A stretch of 64,000 bases of DNA. Source: Methylococcales bacterium. GTDB taxonomy: Bacteria > Pseudomonadota > Gammaproteobacteria > JABHGC01. The stretch is taken from positions 4,734 to 68,733 of the forward strand of contig JABHGC010000099.1 of the NCBI GenBank assembly GCA_018672285.1, in the 5' to 3' direction. Below, one piece after another: positions 27,201 through 38,700 of the stretch (within the stretch, counting starts at the first letter, position 1; every line of letters starts with the position of its first letter). The notes beneath the pieces are model-generated. The model made no database searches. It worked only from the letters and a program-made list of their open reading frames with translations, and was not told the DNA's origin. A program made the translations under genes and the position numbers.

Positions 27201-28317
27201 GATTTTGCATAATGTCATCAAAAATAGAGACAACGGAATTGGTATCATTTAAATCAAAAATCCGACCATTCACTTCATCAATAATTTGCTCTGTCACGCT
27301 ACCAATTCGATTGGCTAGCACAGGCACTTGAGATGCAAATGCCTTCTCAATCAAATAACTAAACCCGGTATCAACACAATCTGAAATGAGCAACATATCG
27401 GTGTTTAAGAAAACATCTTCAAGTTGTATTTTTTGTGTTGCGAAATTGACTTTCACCGCACCACAATAACCTTCATCCGAGTTAAGCGACTGCATATATG
27501 CATCATCAATTGTCTCACCGTATACATTAATAACAGCCTGTACCTCTGACTGCTCTTTAACATCCACAATAGCAGACATTAATTCAGCCAAACCAGACTG
27601 CTTATTAACATCACCAACATAACTAAAGCGAAATACGCATGGATCAATTGGTCGCTTTATTTTTTGTGTACTCTGAAATAATCGATCTACCTGACTGATT
27701 GAAGCCTGTGTTAGTGATATTTTTTCACGTTTAACACCCGCATCTAATGCTGTTTTCTTTAGCGCCCGACTAACAACGACAACACGATCCACATACTGAT
27801 TGATAAGGCCAACAGTTTCTGATAACCGTACCGAACCTATTTCCCCTGCTGCTGAAGGCTCAGAAAACTCACTGTTTTCAAACATCCAATAATCGTGAAG
27901 TGATAATTTAACCGTATACCCAGCTTCACTGGCTACCTTTAATATACCGGCACCAAAAGAACCACAGTGCTGAACATCCACTAAATCGGGTTTAATTTCT
28001 TGTAACTGGGCCAGCAACATTTTACTCGCCCTGTCATTGTCTAATGGCTCTCGGCCATTTTCCTGCTTAGGCCAACCAAAGACTCGGCGCCTCTCGTAGC
28101 CATCTACTCGGGTAATATCGACGTCACCTTGGTGAGCGACTGCATTTTTTGCAACGGGTTCAAGCACTGTCAGTTTATAACCTATCTGAGCCATTGCTCG
28201 GCAAGACTCACTAATCATATGCACCGTTGAGCGATCAAACTCACTACTTGGCACTATGACGAGAATTCGACGCTCTTCAGGTAACTTATTATCATTATTG
28301 CTTGAATCGTCTGACAC
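24286..28317 (-). CDS. 1343-aa multidomain glycosyltransferase (GT-B-like N-terminal domain, two GT-A/GT2 domains, GT-B-like C-terminal domain); putative flagellin glycan glycosyltransferase
   Basis: GT2 signatures: FSLVIPVRASDQ...SLESQLYQNWAVTIV and VSIVIPNKDMMKYF...EILVVDNQS...CLNNDIQI. The N-terminal and C-terminal thirds have Rossmann-like GT-B features. Gene lies directly upstream of, and on the same strand as, the four flagellins. Confidence 0.7.
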   Translation of the reverse strand: MSDDSSNNDNKLPEERRILVIVPSSEFDRSTVHMISESCRAMAQIGYKLTVLEPVAKNAVAHQGDVDITRVDGYERRRVFGWPKQENGREPLDNDRASKMLLAQLQEIKPDLVDVQHCGSFGAGILKVASEAGYTVKLSLHDYWMFENSEFSEPSAAGEIGSVRLSETVGLINQYVDRVVVVSRALKKTALDAGVKREKISLTQASISQVDRLFQSTQKIKRPIDPCVFRFSYVGDVNKQSGLAELMSAIVDVKEQSEVQAVINVYGETIDDAYMQSLNSDEGYCGAVKVNFATQKIQLEDVFLNTDMLLISDCVDTGFSYLIEKAFASQVPVLANRIGSVTEQIIDEVNGRIFDLNDTNSVVSIFDDIMQNRESVYDFQCNIRFPRFWRDWVNAEYQRYTSLLNDDFNINLVAQVLDCTEGQIAAIESNNRLYQEWVDNHSMREADGQFMAERMGHKWTAFPVFSLVIPVRASDQVALSQTLASLESQLYQNWAVTIVSTEPAPGEIFNQSEVLRWFQVPSDSEIMPEINAYVKQSQWDWTLLVQPGTEFDPTCLFSFADYINVHPEWSLIYTDDDEIGAAGEYCNPKFKTDINLDYIRSYNYIGDLVAIRTYVLQSLDGYILSEGVEVHDLVLKVIDTCTENMVGHIAKILMHEPLREAPRVKQSLLDDRTKSVIEGHLERQNIRAEVSDGYLIGTHRVNYQHSEQPLVSIVIPNKDMMKYFRPCIESIFEKTIYQNFEILVVDNQSIADETFAYYDEIQATYPGKIRLLSYAQPFNFSAMNNMAVAEAAGEYIVCLNNDIQIIQGSWLERLLSHAQRPEVGIVGARLLTSDKRIQHAGVILGLDGIAGHAFSGQSIEDEGYMKRAQVDMNYSAVTAACLMVKKSIYDEVGGYDEVNFTVQYNDVDFNLKVREKGYKIVYTPYATAIHYGSVSQITYNEHKKVARDTQEKRVMLEKWLPELISDPAYNVNLSLSDTRCIFEPEFEVSWDTNFTDTHKVIGFPTNTGAITEHRMKAPFRNLNDVAKIDYAYMPTFDMKPEFRLPTLTEFERWKPDSILLPTTVTNQHLEFIKHIDQYSSVFKVFDLEDLKTVVPDKNSRKSILFPNMERRLRDALSYCDRLIVTTEPIKQAHQDLIDDIQIVPIYLEKSRWGNVVSLRKQGLKPRVGWVGAPQHLGDLELIFDVVKATYKSVDWVFMGMCPEELKDYVAEAHGYVMFEDYSEKMASLDLDLAIAPLEIHPFNEAKSHLRLLEYGAMGWPVVCTDIYPYQNGPVKRVKNTKEAWVEAIMERVTDLDSTAKEGDELKKWVHDNWMLEDNLDVWMNALTPGDQVESLKQLHKKAI

Positions 28318-28717
28318 TGCTCAGTCCTCATTAATCATTACGTTAATTCGAACATCCTGTTCAACCGGCACTTGTTTGCCTACCGGCAATCCATATCCAT
28401 GCATCTTTGCCGCTTTGCCACCCCGCCTCACTTGCTGCTGCCTAACCAGACGGTGCATTGAGTGACTTGCGAAATGTCATTGTTTTGTCCTACACACAGA
28501 TGCATGCAGAAATTAGGCCAACATTGATTTAAGACCAATATATCAACAGAACTAATTGATTAGAGAGGATATTTTAAAAAATTAAAGGAATAACTGAGAC
28601 ACAGAGGAAAACAGTGATGTTTTTTTGACGCTATGAAACACGTACTAAGCTTAGCAACATTTAAAATTAAGCACAGCCGTACATACTGATTGATAACCAC
28701 ACCGAGAATAAATACCC

Positions 28718-28739
28718 AACAACAACAACAACAACAACA
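28718..28739. repeat. (CAA)7 trinucleotide microsatellite
   Basis: caacaacaacaacaacaacaac lies in the intergenic region between the CsgG-like gene and the glycosyltransferase gene. Confidence 0.85.
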
Positions 28740-28747
28740 CAGGGCAC

Positions 28748-29728
28748 TTACCGAGAGGCTCTCTCATGTCGCTTTAATAAGTACCGGTATCGTGATTTCT
28801 TTTTTAACTGCGCTATTTTACGTATCGCTTTAGGGTTGCCTAATCTAGCAGACTGCACCAACCAATACGCCGCTTTATCTAAACGCTTACGCTGAAAAAA
28901 TGTCAGTGCTTTTTCAAACTCTTTTTCCCCTGCACCTATTGACGGTACAATAACCGCATTATCATCAGCTATATCATCGGCAGCAACATCATCAGTCTCA
29001 GCAGTTTCGCTTGTGTTTGCGACCAACTGAAAATCGAACGTCGTACTTGCAGCAGTTAATGCAACCCAGTTCTGCTTCATCTGATAACCAGGCGCAGATA
29101 CTTCTATATGATACCGTCCAGGTGTCAACAACATACCTGGCTGATATTTAGGGGCAATATTAAGCACTTTAATTTGAGCACTCGCAGGCACAACCGTCAC
29201 ATTCAATGGCAAAGAGACAGCACCTGCCACTATAGGCGCTGCCTCAGGTGCGCCTGCCAACTGCCTTGCCAGATCAGGCAAACCAACACTAGGCAACAAA
29301 CCCAGCTCAGCCTCTGGCGATACAATTTGACCACTTTTTAGTATTTCACCCGTTGTTGCATCTAACAATTGAGCGGTCACGGTCACCATATTGCCAAACT
29401 TAACCACCGTCCCCGTCACAATGGCCTGAACACCATACAGATCTCCCACCTTATTAGCGCGGGCCTTATCGCTCACATGCTCAGAGCTAGAGAGCACCTG
29501 CTCATCCAACACTTTACGAATTAATATGCGCTCCATCAGCTTAAACTGCTGCGTCGAGCTTAAAGGGTGAATAAAGGTTTGTGCAAGCCCCTTACCCTCT
29601 AGTGCAACCCCGCCACTGACTTCAAAATCAACGACGGCGACGTACATTTTTTCTTCGGCAGAAAAACCAACAACACTATATAGACACAAGCAAAAACCAA
29701 TTAATATTTTATTCATCATCATCGTCAT
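28748..29728 (-). CDS. exported protein with CsgG-like N-terminal domain, PEGA-like domain and Sel1-like C-terminal repeat; translationally coupled to the NRPS gene
   Basis: Signal peptide. YVAVVDFE...G..LAQTF...ERILIRKVLDEQVL...GVQAIVTGTVVKFGNMVTVTAQLLDATTGEIL matches the CsgG/FlgP-type lipoprotein-fold motif pattern. PGRYHIEVSAPGYQ is PEGA-like. KAAYWLVQSARLGNPKA is Sel1-like. The start overlaps the NRPS stop by 13-20 nt. Confidence 0.5.
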   Translation of the reverse strand: MTMMMNKILIGFCLCLYSVVGFSAEEKMYVAVVDFEVSGGVALEGKGLAQTFIHPLSSTQQFKLMERILIRKVLDEQVLSSSEHVSDKARANKVGDLYGVQAIVTGTVVKFGNMVTVTAQLLDATTGEILKSGQIVSPEAELGLLPSVGLPDLARQLAGAPEAAPIVAGAVSLPLNVTVVPASAQIKVLNIAPKYQPGMLLTPGRYHIEVSAPGYQMKQNWVALTAASTTFDFQLVANTSETAETDDVAADDIADDNAVIVPSIGAGEKEFEKALTFFQRKRLDKAAYWLVQSARLGNPKAIRKIAQLKKKSRYRYLLKRHERASR

Positions 29729-32700
29729 CCATTAGGTTATTAAGCATCGCATCCATTTCTTCGTCACTCATACCGTCTAATTCCGCCAACTGTAAATCAA
29801 TATCATCTTCACCTAGGTCCGCTGAATCTTCATCTTCAAATACCACAGACTCACGAGCGACTTTTCCAATCACCGTTAATTGCTGTGGTTCTATGGCATC
29901 AATGGCTTTCGCCAAATCCGCAATGGTTGGGGTTTCAAAGATCTGCCTTAAGGGTAGCTCAACATCACACTCTGCCATGATTTTTGCCGCTAATTGAGTG
30001 GCCAGTAAGGAATGGCCACCTAAATCAAAGAACACATCATGTATCCCTACCTGCTCTACGCTGAGTAGCTCCGCCCACATCACTGCCAGCAGTATCTCAG
30101 TAGGCGTTTCAGGTGCGACATAAGGAATGTCACTCACTACCACAGGTTCAGGCAAGCGGTGACGATCTACTTTCCCACTAGGGCTTAGCGGTAACGCCTG
30201 CTGATGCATCCAAACGGTTGGCACCATAAAATCAGGTAACTCTCCTCGCAAAGCCCGCTTCATTGCTTGCTCATCAAACTCACCGCTACATACCACATAG
30301 GCAACCAATCGCTGTTTAGACGCCATTGCGACCACATCTTGTACTTCGGGCAAAGCTTGTATTTTTGCCTCCACTTCTCCAAGCTCTATTCGATAACCTC
30401 TTAGCTTCACTTGGTTATCAGCACGCCCAATATAATGCAATATACCCTCTTTCGACCAGCGCACCAGATCCCCCGTTTTATATAAACGGGTTGGTATACC
30501 TTGTATATCAGCAACAATGAAACGCTCATTAGTCAACGTCTCACGTTTGAAATACCCTAACGCAAGACCTGAACCAGCAATATGTAGCTCACCCGAGACG
30601 CCTTCAGGGACAAAGTTCAAGCCTTCATCTAATACATACACTGCAGCATTATCGATTGGAACACCAATTGGCACGCCAACATCTTCATGCTCATCACTGG
30701 CAATATAAAACGTTGAGTCGATACTCGCTTCTGTTGGCCCATATAAATTCACAACCCGAGCTTCTGGTAACAGAATGGCAACATCCTTCACCACATCTTG
30801 CGTTAGTGCTTCACCACCACAGAAGATCAGCCGTAACGAGGTACAATCCACTATCTCTGGCGACAGTAACAGCATTTTTAACAAAGAAGGCACAACTTGC
30901 AAAACACTCACATTATGCCGCTTTATTTCCCCAATCATATAGTCAGTGTCTTTATGACCCTCAGGTTTAGCCAGCACCATTTTAATACCAGAAAGTAAGG
31001 GTGCCCAAAACTCCCAAATTGAAGCATCAAAACTATACGGTGTTTTTTGCAATAGAGTATCCGAGCCACTAAATTCAAACCGGTTTTGCATCCACAGCAT
31101 GTGGTTCATAACCGCCCCATGAGGCACCACAACCCCTTTAGGTAAACCTGTCGAGCCGGAGGTATAGATCATATAAGCAGGATCAGCAGCCGTCACTTTG
31201 CGTGTTTTTTTAAGTCGCTTCCGAGTATTAAAGACTAAGCTGTCAACCAGCAGCGTATTGCAGCTAACACGCTCTGGGAGTGATACATCGCTCGTCGATA
31301 TAACAAGATTCACCTCACTGTCTTGCAACATATAAGTGATTCTATCTGCAGGGTACGATGGGTCAATCGGTACATAGGCACAACCCAGTTTGATCACTGT
31401 TAGCATTGAGGCCACAAGGTCACTTTGCCTTGGCATGCACAATGCGACCATGCTACCTGCTATCACCTCTTCTTCTAGTATTGATGCAATATGCTCAGCT
31501 CTTGCATCGAGCTGTGCATAAGTCCATTGCCGCTCACCACACTGAACAACAACTTCATTGTCGTGGCTTTGTGCATACTCAGTAAAACAGGACAATAATG
31601 TGCCATCACTACTGCGATCAATGACAGGACCTTGGCCAAATTGGCATAACCTTGAAACAGCAGCAGCATCAACCAATGCCACAGATTTCACTTGAGCACT
31701 CGGGTTGTCTAACGTAGCACTGAGCAATAACTGGAAATTATCCATCATTTGCTCAATCGTCTCAGCGTCAAATAAGTCTGTGTTAAATTCCACGATACCT
31801 TTTAGTCGACCATCAACTTCAGTCATGGTCAGGCTGAGTTCAAATTTGGCTACCGCAGCCTCAACCGAAACCGGCTCGATCACTAACTCAGGCAACTCAA
31901 TCGTCTCTTCAGTTAGTGGTAGATTCTGTAACGTAAATAACGTTTGGAATAGCGGTGTACGACTCGTATCTCTAGGCAGTTTAAGCTGCTCAACGATGCG
32001 CTCTAATGGCACAACCTGATGACTAAAGGCATCTAAGGTTGTTTTTTTCAATGCCTGAATAACCTCAACAAACGAAGGATCATCCGTTAAGTTCGCTCTA
32101 ATCGGCAAGGTATTCACAAAATAGCCAATCAGATGCTCAAAAGATTTGTGCGTACGACCGGCGACTGGCGTCCCAATACAAAAATCATCCTGACCTGAAT
32201 AGCGCTGTAACAACACGCTATAGGCTGAAATTAACACCATAAATAAGGTGACGCCCTGCTCTTTCGATAAACTATGGAGGCGCTCAACTAATTCATGCTC
32301 CCACTCAAAGTGATGCAGTGCACCTTGATAGGTTTGTACTGCTGGCCGACTGCGGTCTAGCGGTAATTCTAATGCCTCTATCCCTTGCAGCTGATCATGC
32401 CAGAAATCCATTTGCGCTTGCAGGACATCCCCACTTAACCAACGTCTCTGCCAGTATGCATAGTCAGGATATTGAATATCCAAGACAGGCAATGTCGGCG
32501 GGGTATCCTGACTAAAAGCGCGATAGAAATGCGCGAATTCAGATAAGAACACGCCCATGGACCAGCCGTCAGAAATGATATGATGCAGCGTCAAAACCAG
32601 CACATAATGGTCTGGAGATTGCTTGATCAGCTTTAACCTCACAGGCAAACCAAGCTCTAAATCAAATGGAATGGAGACTTCATCAAATGCAGTCTGCTCT

Positions 32701-35700
32701 GTTTTGGCGACTAATACTTCACCTAAATAGGCAGATAAATCAACAACCTCTATACTCACCGGTTCTGGTGGCATGATAGACTGCACCGCCTTTTCATCTA
32801 CCGTTGAAAAAACCGTTCTCAGTGATTCATGCCTTAATAACAACGCATTATAAGCACGATTAATGGCATCAAGATCAATACTGCCCTTCAATCTAAAGAA
32901 CCCAGGAATATGGTATGCAACCAACCCAGGGCTAAACTTCTCTAAGAACCATAACCGCTCTTGAGCAAAAGTAAGCGGCAGGTTTTCTCTAGAAGGTGCA
33001 ACTTCAACGGCAGGTAGCACTACTGAGCTTTCATTCATACGAAGCTCGGCCAAACATCTCGCCATATTTTCCAAGGTCGAAAATTCAAATACTTTCTGCA
33101 ATGGAAACTCTATTTCAAAGCTCTCTCTAATTCTTGCGGCCAGCTGCGCGGCAAGAAGCGAGTGCCCACCAATCGCAAAAAAATCATCATATATACTGAT
33201 TTTGTCCACTTTTAAAACTTCCCGCCAACAATCGGCTAAGAGTATTTCATCAGAGGATTCTGGTGGTACAAATTGCATTGTATCCCATGAACTAACCTGT
33301 GGGTCTGGCAGTGCTTTTCGGTCTACTTTGCCATTGGCTGTCAAAGGCACTAAATCAATCTGCTGAATTACCTGAGGCACCATATAGTCAGGCAACACTT
33401 GCTGACAATGCGCCTTAATCTCATCCGCTACACCAACAGAACCACTGACCCAAGTAACATACGCGACCAGTCGATCAATGCCATGTTCATCCTGGTGAAC
33501 CAATACAACAGACTCAGAAATGGCTTCATATTCTGCTAATACAGCCTCAATTTCACCTAGCTCAATACGATAACCCCGTAGTTTGACTTGCTGATCAGAG
33601 CGCCCCATAAATTCGACCTGACCATCACCACGGAAACGGGCTAAATCACCTGTTTTGTATAATTTGTCATATTGAGACCCTGCAATGGGGTTATCAATCA
33701 AAACCGCTTGAGTTAATTCTGGCTGGTTAATATACCCTCTAAACAAGCCGGCACCAGTGAGATATAAATCCCCAGCAACCCCCATTGGTTGCGGCTGCAT
33801 ATTCGAATCAAGAATATAGATTTCAGCATTATCTATTGGCTTACCAATAGAGGGCAATCTATTCTCAGTGCGACAGGGCACCTCACCTGCAGTCACTAAA
33901 ATGGTGACCTCAGTAGGCCCATAAAGGTTATACAGTGCAAACGGAAGCCCCTCTTTCGGGTAACGGTGCAAGAGGTCTCCACCCGTCAAGACATAGCGTA
34001 ATTTTGTTTGTGCAGGCCAGTCTAAGTCCAACACTCTTTCAGTGAGTGAGGTGGGTAAAAATGAGACGGTAACGCCATGCTCAAGTAACCACTGTTGCAT
34101 TCGCTCAGGATCCATTCGGTCGATATCATTCACCAAGCAGACACAAGCACCTTGCGCTAAAAATGGCCAGCTATCAATGATTGCAGCATCAAAAGCAACC
34201 CCTGCAACTTGACTGACTTTATCCGCCTCTGTAATGGCAAACTCACGTATAGCCCAAGCCAGAAAATGGCTTAAGGATCGCTGCTCAATCTGTACACCTT
34301 TAGGCTTGCCTGTAGAACCTGAGGTATAAATAACATATGCCAAGTCATTTAGGCTTGTCGCAACACAAAGCGCTTCCTGTGAAAATGGCTCAATAACGGT
34401 TAAATCATTATCCACATCAAAACGCACCACCCCTTCAACATCTTGCATTGTGAGCGCCGTTTCTGTAAACACGAATTGAGCGCCGGAATCATTCAACATG
34501 TAGTTGACGCGATCCTCTGGGTAGGCAGGATCAATCGGCAAGTAAGCAGCCCCAGATTTCATAATGGCTAACTGACAAACAAGCATCATCATTGAGCGAT
34601 GAATATATACCCCAACAATCGACTCGACACCAATACCCTGCTCTATAAGGTAATATGCCAATTGATTAGACATCACATCCACTTGCTGATAATTCATGCT
34701 ACGTTGTTGTTGCTGGAGCGCAATTCGTTCTGGAAATTGTTGAGCACTCTGCTGGAAACGAGAGACGATGGAATCATTTTGATTACTAGATGAATGACTA
34801 TGAGCCTGATTCCAATCATGCAGAATGGTTGTACGATCCGATTCAGAGAGCAACGTCAGACGACCGATTTCAAGCGACTCATCAACCACGACTTGCTCAA
34901 GGATATGTTTAAAATATTGACCAAATCGAGCAATCGAATCCGCACTGAATAAATCTGTATTATATTCAAAAACACACTCTAAACAGCCATCATCTGCAAA
35001 CCAAGTCACCAATGACAGGTCAAATTTCGCAGTTGTTGATACCATTTCAAAAGGCTCAATTTCTAACCCTTCAATGACCAATGAATCATTGGCCAAATTC
35101 TGTAAGGTAAAAAAGGTTTGGTAAATTGGCGCATGCGTTAAATCTCGCCCTTCCGATACCGCCTCGACTATTTTTTCAAAGGAAATTTTGTCATGCAAGA
35201 AAGCCGATAAAACAGTTTTCTTCACTTGTTCTAACGCTGAAGAAAAAGGCATTTCAGGCAGCAGTGCATTTCGTATCGCCAAACTATTGATAAACGCGCC
35301 AATTAAAGGCTCTATCTCTGCTTGAGAACGACCGGCAGTAGGCACCCCTACCGCAAAATCCTGCTGCCCACTTAACCGACTCAACAAGACATGATAGACC
35401 GTCATCAATACCATAAACTCAGTTGCACCTGAGTCATTAGCCAAGCGCTTGAGACCTTGCATGGTTAGTGCTGGTATTGAAAATTGCAGATGTGCACCGG
35501 CAAATGTTTGAACTGAAGGCCTGGTGTAATCCACAGGTAATACCAAGGGGTCGACACCTTGAAGCTGCGATTGCCAATAACCTAAATCTGCCCCATATTT
35601 TTCAGATTGCTCATAATCCCGCTGCCAAATGGCATAGTCCGCATATTGAACAGACAAGTGAGGTAACCGTACGGCACGAGATTCTTGCTCTGCAAGGTAC

Positions 35701-38700
35701 ACAGCCATCAATTCTTTTAGCATGACCTGGCTGGACCAACCATCAGCAATAATATGATGGATGGTTAACATCAATACATGATGATTGTCGGTCAACTGTA
35801 ATACAGTACATTTAAACAGTGGGCCTTCAGCTAAATTAAAGACGGTATTTTGATCTTGTTGTATTCGGAGCCTCACTTCATCAGATTGGCGCTCTATGTC
35901 ATAACAGCCAATATCAAACTGCTCAACAGTCACGCGAGCCTCTGGGTCAATCACTTGAACGGCAATGCCTTGCTCATCAGGGAAACGTGTTCGCAGCACT
36001 TCATGGCGCTGACTAATCGTTGTAATAGCGATTTGTATTGCAGTAACATTCAGCCCACCTTTTATGGTGACTGCCGAGGCAATATTATATTGCGTTGACT
36101 CCGGAATGAGATTTTGTATAAACCACATCCGTTCTTGGGCAAACGATAATGGCGCCCTAGCAGACATTGATTCATCTCTAACTTGAATATCATTCGTTTG
36201 GCCTGCTTCAAGTTGCACAATATTTTCCGCCAACCTTTTCACTGTCGGTTGCTGAAAAATATCCGCCAGTGGTAGCTCTACAGCATATTGCTTTCGTATC
36301 CAAGATATTAACTGTGTGGCAGACAAGGAGTGCCCACCGAGTGCAAAGAAATTATCTTCAACGCCCACTTTACTAATGGCCAACAATTCAGACCAATACT
36401 GACACAGCTGCTTTTCTAAAGTTGAGCTAGGTGCGACATAGCTTAACTGTTGTAAATCAGGGGTAGGCAATGCTTTTTTATCAATTTTGCCATTAGGCGT
36501 CAGCGGGAATTCTTGTAATGAGACAAACCGTGTTGGCACCATATAATCGGGTAGGAAGGTGGCAATAGACTCACTCAACAACGCTTGATCAAAGCTCCCC
36601 ACTAAATAGGCCACTAAAACATCATCAACAACCATCACAAAGGGGTGTAGTTTTGCATCATACCCTCTGATAGCAAACTCAATTTCGCCAATTTCAATTC
36701 TAAGCCCACGCAATTTAACCTGACTATCAACTCGACCCACAAAAACCAATTGACCATCGGCTCGGTAATACACCAAATCCCCTGTTTGGTACATTTCCTG
36801 CCCGGTAGTAGGGTTCTTTATGAATACTTTCTGGGTTTTTTCAGCATCATTAATGTAGCCTAAGCTCACCCCTGCTCCTGAAATATAAAGCTCACCTGTA
36901 ATTCCAATCGGCACCGACTGTAACTGACTATTGAGCACGAGCAGGGACACATTGTCGTTTGGCCGACCGATAGGAATGCTGTGCCCACCCTTCAAGTCTT
37001 TTGACTTAAGCTCATAAAAAGCAGCGATATCAGTACATTCTGTTGGCCCATAACTATTAAAAACGGTGACAGATGACTGAGTGCAATAATCCTTAATTTT
37101 CGATCGCTCTATCGGCTCACCACCCAAACAAATCGATTTAAGTGATGACAACGCGCCATATTGTGATGGCAATTCACATAATGGATAAAATGCACTTGGC
37201 GCACAGTTCAATAGCGTTGGACGATATTTACTCATGGTATTCGCAATATCATCCACATCGTAATGGTCAAACTGAGGAAAAATCAAACGCCCGCCTTGCC
37301 AGAGCAATGCAAAAAGGTTCTTCTGGGTTAAATCAAAACCAAGCGCACTAATGATAATGGCGCCATCCGCCTCGTCAATTGAGAGTGTTTTGGTGTACCA
37401 ATGTAATAAATTGGCAATACCAGAATGCTTCACCCCAACCCCTTTTGGTTGACCTGTTGAGCCTGAGGTATAAATCATATAGGCCAATGCGTTTGACGTG
37501 GTTGCAACGGTAGAAAAGGTGGCAACATCAACTTTAACCGGCTTATCAAGGTCCACTCTAATACCTGAATAATCAGGTAACACATTCAGGCGTGACTGAG
37601 ACAGCAATACTTGAGCTTGGCAATCCTCAACGATGTATTGCAACCGAGCGTTCGGGTAAGTGGGGTCTAATGGCACGTAATAACCACCGGCTTTTAGCGT
37701 TGCCAATAAGGCCACGATAAAATCAGCACCTCGGCTGGTACAGATTGCAACCGCTTGGTTAGATGTGATGCCTAAGCGTTGCAATCTCGTTGCCAAAGAC
37801 AATGACTGCTGTTCAATATCTCGATATGTAAAGCACTGTTCACCTTGCTGAACGGCTAAAGCGTCAGGGTTGTTTTGCATTTGTAACTGTATTGCATCGA
37901 TGATATTGCTGTAATTTGGCTCATGAATGGCTGACGTATTATTCCAGCGGTCCAACTGGGCATTTTCTTCCCCAGTTACCCACGATAAATCAGCAATCGT
38001 ATCAACGCCCTCAACAAACTGTTCAATCACCGACTTCAAGCGTCTCATTGCGGCAAAGCTATTAAAATCTTGTGTGTGATAATGGCATTCAAGCAAGAGA
38101 TCATCACTCATTTGCTTTGCAATGAGCTGAACTTGGCCAACAGGTACTCTTGGTGGGTAATGCTGCAAACGCTGCTTTTGCCCCATAAAATCAATGATAT
38201 GGTGAAAGTCATAGTAATTATAAAGAAAACCAATTCGCCCATGTTGAATCAATTTTTGCTGCTGCAACACAGAGATATTTTGTGCAGAACCCAACTGTTT
38301 TTGGGCTTGCTTAATGTGGTTTAAATACTCACTCAGTACATTAGATGGTTGCATTAATGCTTGTTGAAACAGCACTGGGACTTGCTGATAATAACAGCCT
38401 ATCGCCCTGTTATGCTGTTTTTTACGACCAGAGATAATTTCATAGACAACAAAATCATTGGTAGGGCGACAATATTGCTGTAAAAGCAACCCGTAAAGTG
38501 ATTTCAAAACCAATGAAGGTGTTGACTTATGGCGCCGGCATGCAGATCTGAATTGCTTCCACAATGCGCTACCAATCGACACACTGTCACACAACTGCTC
38601 CACCTTTGTGACGTCCGGCTTCGGAAAATCAAGAGGCTGAACATCTTTAAGTTTGGATTGCCAATGTAATAAATCATCTGCAAGATCAAATACAGCGGCT

